Origin: Pseudogymnoascus verrucosus
Lineage: Eukaryota
Strand: one strand, 5' to 3'
Length of the DNA stretch: 64,000 nt
Assembly (NCBI GenBank): GCA_001662655.1
Contig: KV460273.1
This document shows, piece after piece, positions 11,007 through 23,976 of this stretch (its first letter is position 1; every line of letters starts with the position of its first letter). The position numbers and the translations under genes were made by a program. The notes below the pieces were generated by a model. That model was given only the letters and a program-made list of their open reading frames with translations, was not told the DNA's origin and searched no databases.

Positions 11007-14000
11007 ATGTGGAGACCCAGGCACAGCACTTGCGACAAGGCCATTCGGGGTCAAGCTCCTCTATTTGTCTATTCCCGCCTGTGTAGTAGAACGAAGGTTT
11101 ACAGTCGCGATGATGTTACACACGTGACACAGATATCCCAGTACTCATCACAAACCAAAATTCCCAAAGTTCCTAAAGTCCCCAAAAGGAAACCGCCAAC
11201 CAGCACTTCTTTAAATCTTAAAGATCTACCACAGGGGCTACTTCCTTGCGCGCCTGTCAGTGTACCAAGCCAAGATGAAGCGCCGACGTATCCAACCGTG
11301 GTACTCCAGGCCCAGACCAATATGAGAAAGTTTGAAAATTGTGTTCTTCTTACACGCGTTGGTGGATTTTATGAACTCTACTTTGAGCATGCGGAAGAAT
11401 TTGGCCCTCTCCTTAATCTCAAGGTAGCCCAGAAAAAGACAAATGCTGGTCCCGTGTCTATGGTATGTTAGCCCTTCAGGTAGCCTGCCCCCTCTAACTT
11501 CCACAGGCAGGTTTCCCATTCTTTCAGCTAGACAGGTTCTTGAAGGTACTAGTTCAAGACTTGAATCGTTATGTTGCAATTGCCGAGGAGTTTGCCAACG
11601 ATACATCAACCAAAGTCAAATCAGGAGGGCTGCTTCATGACCGGAAGGTCGCGCGCATTGTCACCCCAGGAACTCTGATTGATGAAAACTTCATTGACCC
11701 TTTATCAAATAACTATGTCCTCGCAATCCAGCGCGGCCGCAGTGTTTCCCAGACAGAGCGGAAGGACGTAGACGAGCTAGTTGGCCTGGCATGGTTGGAT
11801 CTTTCAACCGGCAACTTCTACACACAGTCGACAACGTTGGCATTGTTGTCAAGTGCCATCTCGCGAATCGGGCCACGGGAAATCGTACTTGAGAAGGATC
11901 AGGAAAACTCGGCAACTGATGGTTTACTGGCAGTGCTTAGTGACGATCGCCACGTGATTACATACTGCTCAGTGGAAGAAAGGAAGCCAATGGCTTCGTG
12001 GGGACTGATGTTGGAGAGCAAGATGCCTGCTGATATAGTGGCCAGTTTTGCATCAGAAGAAGTTGATGCTGGAAGTCTGCTGTTGGAGTATGTTGGCACT
12101 CGCCTACAGGGCTTGAGTCTGAAGCTTCAGCCTCCCATTCAATACCGTTCACAGGAGATCATGGCCATAGACAGAAACAGTCTACGGGGCCTTGAGATAA
12201 TGGAGAACTATAGGGATGGCAACTATGTTGGGAGCCTGCTTCATGCACTGCGAAAAACAGTCACAAAGAGCGGCTCTCGACTACTGAAAGAGTGGCTTGG
12301 TATGTTCGCAACCAGTTAAGAGAAGAGCTTTTCTAATATATACTAGGTGCTCCCTCGACATCACTTCAGGTGATAAACGACCGGTTAGATCTTGTAGCCC
12401 ACATACTTGGAGATACAGCCCTCCGAGAGCGACTGATGACCCTGCTTCGACGTTGTCATGACTCTCAACGCCTAGTCCAGAAGTTCGCTCTAGGAAGAGG
12501 AAATGCAGATGACCTTTTAGCTTTGTCAACTACTATATCGGCAACGCAAGAACTGGCGTCAACGATACGAGCGACGCTACAGGAAGGGCCAGGCTTCCCG
12601 GAATCATCCCCACCAGAGTCCTTATCACGGCTTCTTTCACGCATTGAGCTCGATGGCCCGCTTGCTCTAGCAAGCAAAATCAGAAATGCGATCGATGAAG
12701 AAGGCGTTGTGCAGCAACATAGAATAGAGGATGAAGAAGCAGGAACGATTATGGAAATGGCGGAACAGATTGCGACATCCGAAGGCTCTACGGACGATAT
12801 TGCAGCAATAAAGCGAGGCCGGGGCAAGAAAACGACAAAAAGCATACGCGAGCACTATAGTGAGGACACTCAAGTGTGGATTATGAAACCTCTGGCAAGT
12901 GCATCGTTGAAGAGGTTGCATGCAGACCTGCTGAGCCTTGACGAGGACAAGGCAAAGTTGCATGACAATCTTCAGCGAGAACTTGACGCAACAACCCTCG
13001 CGCTTCGTTGGACACCTGGCTTGGGCCATATATGTCATGTGAAGGGAAAAGATGCCAAACGTATGGCAGAAATGAGAAGTGTCAGCTCTAGCAAAAGCAC
13101 CAAGTCATTCCACCACCCAGAGTGGACAGATTTGGGCCGAAGAATAGACCAAGTCCGACTTCAGATACGCGCCGAGGAACAGAGGGTTTTCCAAAAGCTT
13201 CGTGAAGAGGTCATCAAGATTTTGGTCAAGCTGCGCCGCAACGCCACTGTCCTGGACGAGCTAGATGTCGCCTGCTCGTTTGCGACGCATGCAAATGATC
13301 AAGGCCTCGTCCGCCCTGTTTTGAATAACACTACCGCCCACAAAGTTATGGGGGGCCGCCACCCCACGGTCCAGGTTGGTCTACAGCAGCAAGGGCGAAG
13401 CTTCGTCACAAATGACTGCCTTGTTGGCGACGAAGACCGCGTCTGGATCATAACAGGACCAAACATGGGTGGGAAGAGCACATTTCTTCGTCAGAATGCA
13501 TTGATCACAATAATGGCTCAGGTTGGCTCCTTCGTACCAGCCGAATACGCAGAAATCGGTATTGTAGACCAAATTTTCAGCCGCGTTGGTTCTGCCGATG
13601 ATTTGTACCGCAACCAGTCGACATTTATGGTGGAGATGATGGAGACGGCCACAATATTGAAGCACGCCACAGAGCGTAGCTTCGTTATAATGGATGAAAT
13701 TGGACGCGGAACCACACCAGAAGACGGCATTGCCGTGGCATTTGCATGCCTCCATCATTTATACCACGTTAACAAATGTCGTACATTGTTTGCGACACAT
13801 TTCCATGCAGTAGGGGATATGTCACGTCATATGGAGAACGTAGGCTACTGGTGCACAGATGTTGCTGAGGATCAAAACGGGGGGTTCAGTTACATGCATA
13901 AGTTGAAGAGAGGGGTCAATAGGAAGAGTCATTCTTTGAAGGTAGCTAGGTTGGCAGGTTTACCGGAGGCTGCAATTGACATCGCACAAAAGGTGTTGGA

Positions 14001-14019
14001 TGGGGAACCTAGAAAGTAG
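11007..14019 (+). CDS. MSH1: Mitochondrial MutS homologue
   Basis: TRVGGFYELY mismatch-binding motif, TPGT, Walker A GPNMGGKS, STFMVEM, MDEIGRGT and FATHF; Arg-rich N-terminus; two introns (about 11463-11510 and 12300-12346). Confidence 0.92.
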
Positions 14020-14338
14020 TTAGCAAATGCCAAGTAACTTATAATAGTTTTAACAATGGTTGGATGTGTTCACATCATAAATAAGTTGTTGTATGGGTTT
14101 TGTCTTCATTGAGATCAGGGTTAAAAAGCAATTTTGATAATCATGTGAGAGTTGCAACAGAAGTAAAAGTTTAACTGACCTTTAGTAACGAATATTTCGA
14201 CCACTGGATGCTACTTTGCCGGCTGTTTTGGATGTCACATCAATGAACTGAAATGCGGGACGTGGACTGGTATTCAAGGCAGTATCAGGCTCGATTCGTA
14301 TATCTGAGTAATTCAAACTACGAAAGGCAGAATCTGGC

Positions 14339-15331
14339 TTAATCGAAGAGACCACCGAAGCCCTCATCACCAGACTCCTCAGCCTCGGACTCCTCCTTCT
14401 TCTCCTCGGCGGCAGCGGCCTTGGGGGCATCAGAGGTAGTGGCGACAGTGGCAGAGGCGAACTTCTCTGGGTTGGCGATGCGCTCCTTGAGCTCCTCAAT
14501 CTCGGTCCAGCTATACTCGGTGGAGACGGCAACAGCAAGAACGTTCTTGTAGCTGTTGACAACAGAGTGCATAACGGAAGGAAGGGTTGGGAAGTTGACG
14601 GCGAGCGAAACGCAAGCGATGGTGGTGATGGCGCTGGAGAAAGCCTTGAGGAGCTGCTCCTCGCTGATGTCGAGGACATGGGGCGGGAAGGTGTTGCCGT
14701 TGTCGTAAACCTGAGCAATGCCCATTCCGTAGGTGAACGGAGAGATGTTGAGCATGTTCAGGAGGGTAGCCTCGGAGGCTCCGACCTTGGTACCGGCCTC
14801 AACGAGCTTGAGATCAGCGGTAATTTCGATCGTACCACGGGCAATCTTGGTTGGGACACCAAGAGCCTGGAAGAAAGAGGTCTTTCCGGGCTCCATGCCG
14901 GTGTTACCAGCTGGGACGAAGACCTGGCAGGAGGTTAGTAGGTATACTTTGGCAAACAAGAAGTCGATTTAACATACATCATCCGGTGCAACAGCTCCAG
15001 CTCTGGCTGGGGCGGCAACCTTGTTGGAAAGGATCTTGTCACGAATATCCTTCAAGTCGGCGTTGGTGAAGACGAATCCAATGTTGCCCTTGACGAATGG
15101 AAGAAGGCGCTCCCACTCTGGGGAGTCACCGACGAACCCCTTGATGGCACGGCGGACCATGGTGTTCTTTCCCATGAGGACAACACCCTCTCCGCGGAGA
15201 GACTGTCTGATCTCGTGCATCTGCTGGGAGCTGACATTGTCGACGGAGACAATGAAGATGCTGCGATACTCCTCGAGAAGGCCCTTCAGCTTATCGAAAT
15301 AGCCGGCCTTGTTTGCGGTCTTGCCCCCCAT
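14339..15331 (-). CDS. RPP0: 60S acidic ribosomal protein P0
   Basis: [38 protein letters not shown] and C-terminal DEGFGGLFD; intron 14924-14977. Confidence 0.97.
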
Positions 15332-15771
15332 ATCTTCTTAGTGTGAAGGTAGGATGTTTAAGGGTCAAGATATAATTGAATTGAAATAATGCGCCCGGAG
15401 ATTGGACTGCTTGTATGTTGATGATATCGCAAAAGAAGTCCTCGGCAAATATTTTTGGGTTTGTGGTTCTCTAGGGTTTCCTTTCGGTTAGCACACAAGA
15501 ATTAATCGATGCCTAATTACCCAGGCCTCATAGCTAGGTTGGTCTTCTAGAGCTCTTTTTTTCGAAATTCCTTATCTTATCTTAGTTTGGAGGGGAAAAA
15601 GGCATCTCCGCGCCAATATTAAGTGACTAACTAGCTTTGTAACAGAACCGAGGCAGCCGGGGCGTCATTGGGATCTTTTCGTAGACGGTTTGTGAGGGGC
15701 AAAATACTCCACACATCGCGCCTCATACAGATTGATTTCCACTACCAAAACTTATCTTACCACACGTCAAG

Positions 15772-17085
15772 ATGTCACACAACTTCGAACCCATCCAAAA
15801 TGACCTTATTTTACGGGCCGCCAGGGGTATATATATACTTCCCCATATGATGCGAGCCATAGACTGACCTATCCAAGGAGAAGAAGTGGAACGAGCACCT
15901 GCGTGGGTGATGCGTCAAGGTAAATATATGGCGCCCCAAACCAAAATATACAACCCGGCAAGCTTACACTTCAATAGCTGGGAGATATTTGCCGGAATAC
16001 CATGAAGCCAAAGCTGGGAACGACTTCTTTGAGTGCTGTCGGTCACCAGATATCGCTTCGACTCTTACCTTGCAACCGATTGAGCGCTTTGCGGGCCTCA
16101 TTGACGCCGCCATAATATTTTCTGACATTCTTGTCATTCCACAGGCTATGGGCATGACTGTTGAAATGATTGACAAGAAAGGACCTCATTTCCCTGAGCC
16201 GCTCACGTCACCAACCGACGGCCAGTACGAAAGAGTCATGAAAAAGGAAGTGGACGTTGCCAAGGAGCTGGGATACGTCTACGAGGCCATAACCATGACC
16301 AGACACAAGCTGAAAGGCCGCGTTCCGCTAATTGGCTTTTGCGGGGCGCCATGGACTCTTCTCTGCTACATGGTAGAGGGTGGCGGCAGCAAGCTCTTCA
16401 TTGAAACAAAGACTTGGGTATTTAGACATTCGCAAGCAAGCAAGGACCTTCTCCAAAAGATTGCCGAGGTTTGCGTTGAACATCTTGCTCTTCAAGTCAA
16501 AGCAGGCGCACAGGTACTATCCTCGATATTTCTTCCGTGGCAATGATAATAACTGACGCTGCATTAGATGGTCCAAGTTTTTGATTCTTGGGCAGCCGAG
16601 CTTTCTCCAGCTTCGTTCAAACAATTTTCTCAGCCATATTTGGCTTATATCTCAGCAAATTTACCTAAAAGACTTGCAGAGATGCAGCTCGAACCTGTTC
16701 CGATGATAGTCTTTGCCAAAGGCGCTTGGCATGCTCTTGACGCTCTTTGTGACCTGGGCTACGACGTTGTTGGACTCGACTGGCTGCAAGATCCGGCCGC
16801 GGCCGTCAAAATTAGAGGTGATAGGTCTGTTGTCTTCCAAGGCAATGCTGACCCAGGGATTCTTTACGGCACGAAGGATGCGATTACGGGTGCAGTTACG
16901 GAAATGGTTGATGGATTTTATGGTGGTGGGAAAAAGGGATGGATCGCTAATTTGGGCCATGGTAAGCCGCCGTTATATATTCCATACTTTGTAGCACTAA
17001 CAAATGTGTAGGAATCACACCAAAGGTGAATCCAGACGACCTCAAGTTCTATTTTGAGGAAATCCGTCGATTGACGGCCAGCTAG
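15772..17085 (+). CDS. HEM12: Uroporphyrinogen decarboxylase
   Basis: Spliced product contains [60 protein letters not shown] and NLGHGI; four introns. Confidence 0.95.
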
Positions 17086-17178
17086 GAAGTAGAACATAAA
17101 TAATTCGTGTCAATATAGATGGCATATCTACCAATTTGGGTGTGATCCCTAAAACTACTATGAATACATCTATGGGTC

Positions 17179-19296
17179 CTATATCTTTACACAATCTTCT
17201 CGAGCTCTTCGCTCCCTTTCTCGGTGTAGTGCGTCAACGACGACTGCTTCTATTCTTTCCGCAACCACTTTACCCTCCGTTCGCTCAATAATGCCCAGGA
17301 CCCATTGTAACCTGCCGCGACTAATCGACCCCTTCTCTATGATATTCCCCTCGATGCCAATATCAGTTAAGACACGAATAATGAGACTGGATATGGGAAC
17401 TTTGTGGTGATTTAGGTACCGAATGCACCATGCGATACTCCTGAGTGCAACTCTGTTCGAGATGAAGTCGACCTGCGAAAATTCAAAAGCCATCTTCTCC
17501 ACTAAGCGTATTCTCGCCCAGCTTGTGTGTGTTTCTTTCCAGACCCGAAATCCCCCAAGTAGGTCAAATATATCCCTTGGATTGCACGACGGATCATGAA
17601 TCATCGCAATTGCAAGACCCGGAAATTTTTCGAGAGGAATTTCGTATGTTCTTGGGCGATCTCTTGAATAGAGCCGCTGCAATTTCGCCGCGTGACGCAA
17701 ATTCTTGGTATGTAGTGCCGCCATTTCATTCATGATAGTCGGTGCATTGAGGTAGATTTTGGCCTGCTCGAGGCGTTTCAAACAGTAGTACACACTGTCA
17801 CTTTCACCGCGGATGCGGCGTAACATTCGCAAATAACAGGCAACTTTCTCGTCCCAACATATTGCCTGTTGTTTTAAAGCCGTGCATAAATGAATAATAG
17901 AACGGTGAGGCTTATGTGGACATAGAAACGAAGCCTTAAACGCAGCATGGGCTTTCACTATTGACGTATTAGGCGTCGTCCCAGCCCAATATTCAAACAT
18001 TATATCGCATAGGACATGTTGACGCAACCGCGGAAGGGTTATTGTTGTTCTGTCATCGCGATATTCAGCCCGTATTATCATGCACGCCTGTACCAGCAAA
18101 GCTTCGGAGGCGAAAGGTCCACGCGCTATGAGCTTGAGCAATGTCGTCCGCAGATCCTCCCCTTCTCGTACTAAAACTTCTGTGGACCTCCCACTTCCAG
18201 AGAAGATGACCCTGCTTGCGTAAGCCGTGGATAGTTGAACCAGATGGCATATTTCCTCCCTTGCTTGCTTTTCAGGCGCATACAACCCAAAGGTTTCCAT
18301 CAGGGCCCCAACTATGTCTTTCAAGACATATATGTTCAAGAACATCTTTCTAGGCGGCGAGTATTTTGCTTTGGCGGTTTCTGTAGATTGGGATATTTCT
18401 TCGGGGTGCGAGGCGCTTGTATCAGGCGAGAAAAGTGAGGCCCCAATTGCATAAATCTCTTTTTTAAGCTCGTGCTTTTGTTTATCGGTGATGGACCGAA
18501 GAATGTCTGAAATGAGAGCGGCGGACATATGTACCGGGAGGCGAGGCAGATTCGTGAGCAATAATCGTAAGACCTCTGGCTCAATTTCAGCTGGTCGAAG
18601 TACCTTGCATGCCATGATGCCTCTCCATGTCGCCTGGTAAAATGAGATACAGAGAGCATGTTCTATGTCCTTGCTAGCGGTATTGTCTCGAATGAGGCGC
18701 GGCACTTCACGTATACTTCCGGCTAGAACAGCTGCAGAGACTTGCCCCAAGGACAAACTCTGCTTGAACGTTTGGCAAAATGTCCCACAGATATCTGAGA
18801 AATCAATGGGTGTCGTTTTGGCGCGGATGCGGTCACGAAACCACTCCAAGTCGTCCGTAGCATTTGATTGTAAGACGGGGACGAGGCCATCGTTGCTTTC
18901 CAGATGATTCTGGTTTGGATTATTGGCCCTCGACTGATCCAGATCCATCAGCCAAGATGGCAGTTGATCCGTAGCAGCTCGTTCTGGCGGTTTATGCGGC
19001 GCCTCCCATTGCCAAATGTTGTTCTCTTTGGCGCCCCTGAATCCCCACAAAGCCGCGAAATCATGGGCGGGTGGTCGAACTGCCTCTGAAAAGTGAGCCA
19101 TACGGCGTTTGCCTAAACGCCGCCTGCACTCCATGGGGCCGGGTACCGACGTCCCATGGCGTCTCGAGGGCCTCGAAAGAAGGCATAAGCGCTGAAATGC
19201 CCACGCCAGGGTTTTGTCGGTGATCCATATCTCTTCCGATGGGACTCGTAGCTTTCGCTTCACTGCTGTGCAGCAGGGTGTCCGCCCTAGCAACAT
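17179..19296 (-). CDS. Fungal hypothetical protein (705 aa), possibly mitochondrial
   Basis: Single long ATG-started ORF with a basic, Arg-rich N-terminus (VPGPMECRRRLGKRRM); no domain recognised. Confidence 0.75.
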   Translation of the reverse strand: MLLGRTPCCTAVKRKLRVPSEEIWITDKTLAWAFQRLCLLSRPSRRHGTSVPGPMECRRRLGKRRMAHFSEAVRPPAHDFAALWGFRGAKENNIWQWEAPHKPPERAATDQLPSWLMDLDQSRANNPNQNHLESNDGLVPVLQSNATDDLEWFRDRIRAKTTPIDFSDICGTFCQTFKQSLSLGQVSAAVLAGSIREVPRLIRDNTASKDIEHALCISFYQATWRGIMACKVLRPAEIEPEVLRLLLTNLPRLPVHMSAALISDILRSITDKQKHELKKEIYAIGASLFSPDTSASHPEEISQSTETAKAKYSPPRKMFLNIYVLKDIVGALMETFGLYAPEKQAREEICHLVQLSTAYASRVIFSGSGRSTEVLVREGEDLRTTLLKLIARGPFASEALLVQACMIIRAEYRDDRTTITLPRLRQHVLCDIMFEYWAGTTPNTSIVKAHAAFKASFLCPHKPHRSIIHLCTALKQQAICWDEKVACYLRMLRRIRGESDSVYYCLKRLEQAKIYLNAPTIMNEMAALHTKNLRHAAKLQRLYSRDRPRTYEIPLEKFPGLAIAMIHDPSCNPRDIFDLLGGFRVWKETHTSWARIRLVEKMAFEFSQVDFISNRVALRSIAWCIRYLNHHKVPISSLIIRVLTDIGIEGNIIEKGSISRGRLQWVLGIIERTEGKVVAERIEAVVVDALHRERERRAREDCVKI

Positions 19297-19630
19297 ATAG
19301 TTGATCCAGATCTTACAAGATCATTGGATAGGATCCAATTGGCGCGAAATCTGTGCTGTTTCGAGAGAGCAGATTGGAATGTTCAATTCGAGCCACAAAG
19401 CCACAGCCAGCGTAATGGTATAGTAGGAAGTGGCATTCGATGCAGCAAGTCGAGGTTCAGCTCGTCGCTTTTAATTGACAATAGATACTGCGTTGCTGTC
19501 GTCGTGGGGTGGCTCTCGGGAGGAGGGATGTTGTCGGTGGTCAAAGACGAAGAAGTAACGATGACCGATCTCAGCCAATCATAGTGTGGCTGGCGCCAAA
19601 TCGCGTGGACTTGCCCAAACCACGATTTTA

Positions 19631-19713
19631 CTTATCGCCAAAAAATAAATGTAGATAGATGGTGCTCACAACGAGTAATTATACCTCCAGCTTTACGTCA
19701 AGTTTTGAAAATT
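19631..19713. promoter_or_regulatory. PAC-like (GCGATAAG on minus strand, 19631-19638) and RRPE-like (TGAAAATT, 19706-19713) ribosome-biogenesis motifs upstream of TRM82
   Basis: Both motifs lie within about 110 bp of the TRM82 ATG; the call rests only on similarity to yeast PAC/RRPE. Confidence 0.35.
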
Positions 19714-19737
19714 CACAACCCTCGTTAAATTCGAAAT

Positions 19738-21433
19738 ATGTACGCTGCATACCAGTGTGTCGAAGTTATTGGAGAGTTTGTTATTGCTGCAAGTGCTCAC
19801 ACATTGCAGACATTCAATCTCTTCGATGGGTCTCAGATCTCATCATGGGCTTGCCCGGACCAACTGAATAAAACTGCTCTAGCCACTCAATCCGAACCTC
19901 CAAACGATGAAGATGGGTTACAGGGCTCCGGTGCCCTTTCAATAGAAGCCACAGGATCAGATTCCAACCAGCCAGCCAAAAGGAGAAAACTGTCGGATCC
20001 GAGCAACGAGGAATCCTCTTCCGTTGGCAGGGCGCCAAAAGGCGAAAATCCAAGAGCATGCTCACAGAGAACAACTACAAAGACCTCAATATATCCTAAT
20101 ATTGTTGCATTGACGTCATCGAATGATGGAAAATATGTAATAATAGTAACGGGAGAGGATAAGACAATTCGAGTCCTTCGGCACGACGGCGGCCATCTGC
20201 AACAAATATCTGAGAGGTAAGCTCTCTAGCTCGTTGAAATTAAGGCTCGGAGCTTAATCATTTTCAGGTCCATGCCAAAAAGGCCTTGCGCTGTTACACT
20301 GTCGCCATCGGGCTCTGCGATCATCTGTGCTGACAAATTTGGAGATGTCTATTCACTTCCCTTGCTTATGGATTTACCGGAAGGACAGGACGCCACGACA
20401 GCACCCTTAGTTGAGGATGAGAATTTATCCGAAAAACCCAAGCAATTTGTGTCCTCCGCGAATGATCTTACAGTTCACTCTGCACGGAATCGCAGAGCAC
20501 TCCAGAACCAGCTGAAGCAGAATCTAGCCAAGGCAGACAAAGTCGAAGCCAATGTGGGACAACAGTTATTACTTGGACATGTTTCAATGTTGACAGATAT
20601 TGCACTGGTCGAGGAATGTGGGCGCAATTATATTATCACTGCTGATAGGGATGAACATATACGTGTGTCTCGAGGAATTCCGCAATCGCATATAATTGAA
20701 GCCTATTGTCTGGGGCACAGCGAGTTTGTGAGCAGGCTATGCCTTCCAAAATCCGCTAATCGCCTCCTGATCTCCGGTGGAGGCGACGATGATTTATTTG
20801 TTTGGGATTGGCTTTCAGGGGATCTGCTCCAAAAGGTAAATATATCATCCCATGTGGAGCTTGTTCTACGCGGATCCTCTGGCGAAGGGCTTGGCGTTGG
20901 TATTGGGGCCAATGATGACTCTCACTCGCCGAAGGTCATAGTCTCGGGCATAAAGCATCTGCAGCAAGAGCCAAACAGCAATTCTGGCAGTGTTGTTGTT
21001 ACATGTGAGGGGTAAGTGTTGATTGCGTGTAGCTGACTTGGATGCCTTGTGTCTAATTGGTTACAGTGTCCCAGCATTGTTCTTCTTCGAATTATCCCCG
21101 GCTGGCAACCTTTCGCATTATCAAACTTTACCTCTCAACGGAAATCCTTTAGCCATGGCTACAATCGTACAAAACAATACCTTGATCGTTTCGGTTGACC
21201 TGTGGCATTGTCCCGGTTCGGTAGTTCAACTCAGAGACGTGGAAACGATTGGGGCGGAAGTTCCCTTGAAGGTCATCAAATCCGATGGCAAGGATTGGAA
21301 TACGGTGGCTTCCCACTTTGGAAAGGTTGATATTACTGGTGTTGATCACCAAACAATGCCAGCGGCAAATGTTGACTGGTGGAATGTTCTCTACAATCTG
21401 GGAAACTTGCGGAAGCGTGCAGGATGGGAATAA
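19738..21433 (+). CDS. TRM82: tRNA m7G46 methyltransferase WD40 subunit
   Basis: MPKRPCA, ADKFGDVYSLP, LLGHVSMLTD, ITADRDEHIRVS and CLGHSEFV; two introns. Confidence 0.92.
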
Positions 21434-21784
21434 GCAAACACGCACAATTTCAATTCGTAGACTTATGGACCAAGGTGCAATACCAAAGCTAATTGTTAAC
21501 TGGTTCATGCCTACTAGTCTTCATGATTTGTCTATATCTCTAAACGCCTATTACAATGAAACGCAGAATCAACGCTGGGGAGCGAGAGGAATAACTCGCT
21601 ATCCAGCTAAACCCGCTGAGTTAAATGAGGAACCGTATCCACGCTTAGAAGCGATCAGCGATTGCCCGAATGCAATGTTCAGAGCTAATCACAATGTGCC
21701 CATAAAGTAAGGTGTAGAACCTACGGAGAAGCGTCATTGCTGTGATTCCCTATCCGCCGGTTCTCCAAGTGGTCTAGTTGTCAA

Positions 21785-23199
21785 TTACTGAGATGCACAT
21801 TGGACTCTTTCAGCACCAGCAGGGTGTCCGTCCTCATCCTCATCATCCATCATGCCATGGCCAGCAGCTCGTGCTTGCTGGCTTGCATCTACGTCCTCCA
21901 AATCAACCGCCTCTGTCATCGTCTCTGCAGGTGGCAGGATCGGCTGGACTGTCGGCGGCAGAATAGACTTGAGGGCATCGAATTCAGCGGGGTTGGCTGT
22001 CCAATTCTTCTCGGGGAATTTGACGTCGAACTGGATGTAAAGATTGCCGAAGTCGTGGTGACGATGTGAAGGCATGCCCTGGCCGCGTACCATTTTAACG
22101 GAGCCTGCGCAGTTAGTAAGATCCAACTACTCTTGACGTGGGAATCCGCTGTAAGCTTACCTGGGTTTATAACTTCTCCGGGCAGAATATCAACACTGAG
22201 CCATCTCTCGTCCAGATGCTCGACGAAGATGTTTCCGCCGGCTAGGGCTGTGACGAGATCGATTTCTGCGGAGTAAAATATGTCGTCGCCCTTGCGTTGA
22301 AATCTTGCATGCGGCTTCTGTTCGATTTCAAACACAACATCTCCTGGTTGAACGCCTGGTGTTTGGTCACCTTCGCCGCGGAACTCGATCTTGTGGCCGC
22401 TCTGAACACCTCTGTCAACGTGAACGTGAAGAACCTTCCTTTCTACAACGGTCTTCTTGCCATTGCATTGCTTGCACTTGTCCTTCTCGCGAATGATTTC
22501 TCCCTCTCCGTTACAATCCGGGCAGACAGTTTGGAATCGCTGAATCATGGGACCCATTTGGCGCATCATAGTCTTCATGCCGTGTCCGTCACAACCAGTA
22601 CACTTCTTGACAGCACCCTCTTTGCCGCCTCTGCCATCGCACTTGGAGCAAATCACGGATTTCTGTAGTGCCAACTTCGAAACTTTGCCCCGGTAAATAT
22701 CCTCTAGAGATACTTTGTGAACGTGGTGGATGGTGCGGGCTTTCGGTGGCCCACGCTGGCCCATTCCACCGCCGAACATACCACCACCACCGCCGAAGAC
22801 ACCTCCGCCGCCGCCGAAGAATTGAGAGAAGAGATCCTCAGCGTTCATGCCGCCTCCTCCGCCACCTCCCTCGAGACCCTCCTCTCCATATTGGTCATAG
22901 ATTTGTCTCTTCTGGGGGTCAGAAAGTATCTCGTAGGCGTGAGAGAGATCCTTGAATTTGTCGGCTGCATCTGGGTTGTGTGCATTCTTATCTGTACGGT
23001 AACGTTAGCTGGTGGATGCTATTGAGTGGTGAATTTCGCCTTTACCTGGATGGTGTTTTAAGGCTCCAACCTTATATGCCTTCTTCAGCTCCGCCTCAGT
23101 GCATGTTGGAGAGACCTAAAGCACAGTTAGTAGTGGCTCCAGAGTCCGATGCGGAAGACTTGCATTAAGTAGATCGTAGAATTTGGTATCTTTCGCCAT
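21785..23199 (-). CDS. YDJ1: Type I Hsp40/DnaJ co-chaperone
   Basis: J domain (MAKDTKFYDLL..., HP|DK), G/F region, four CxxCxGxG-type repeats and C-terminal CaaX CASQ; first intron is GC-AG (23116-23163). Confidence 0.95.
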
Positions 23200-23976
23200 G
23201 TTGGATCGGTGAGACCGTAGTCACAGTAAGATCGGATATATCGGGTGAAGGCGAGGTATTGAAACGCAAACAGCGATGGCGGTACAGTCGATTGGCACGA
23301 GCGGTCCAGGTGTGGTGTCCGGCACGCAAGGCTATCGCTATGATGGTTGAACGAGCTGTTGTTTAATGTGCTTGATGCACAGCTTATCTTATTATGATGG
23401 GCCGATAAACTTTTTATGGCGCCCGGGGGGTTTGAATATGGGTAGAAGGGCTTATTGAGCGGTCGAAGATTTGGGGATGTTTTTTTTTGAAGAGGGGGCG
23501 TTTGATGGTGGGGGGAGGGGAGAGGATGAAGGTGGAATAAAATGAATGTCGAGGCTGAAAAAGGCTCCGAGTGAAAAGGTGGAGGCTAAGCGCAACTTGA
23601 GTTGGATTTCTTACTCAAAGGGCCCTTTCCATGGTCGAAGCTAAGCCTAATGGAAATCCAGAGAATCGGATAGACTGTGTGGCGGTGCCGCGCGGGTGGC
23701 GGGGCGGAAAAACTAGGCAAGGGGCGGAACAAATCGGACCGACGCAGGCGCAGACGCAGACGCAAAGGAGGAAAGGAGAGCAACAACGATGAGAATGAGA
23801 ATGAGAATGAGGATATGAAGAGCAATCAAATACTATATTAGCTATAATCTCTATCTATATCCGAATCCTGCAGGTAGAGTAATCCAAATTTCCAGTAAAT
23901 TCTATACTATCTGTGACCTTTGCTATCGTCACTACCTATCCTATAAACTCCCATCATACCATATGGCCTGCGCTAT

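Noticed and set aside
14182..14972. Overlapping and antisense ORFs on RPP0 (and similar ones on YDJ1, NUP159, PDI1)
   Set aside because: Shadows of codon bias in real genes; no recognisable products.
23640..23670. Heat-shock element upstream of YDJ1
   Set aside because: Only a gapped TTC..TTC pattern without three good nGAAn units.
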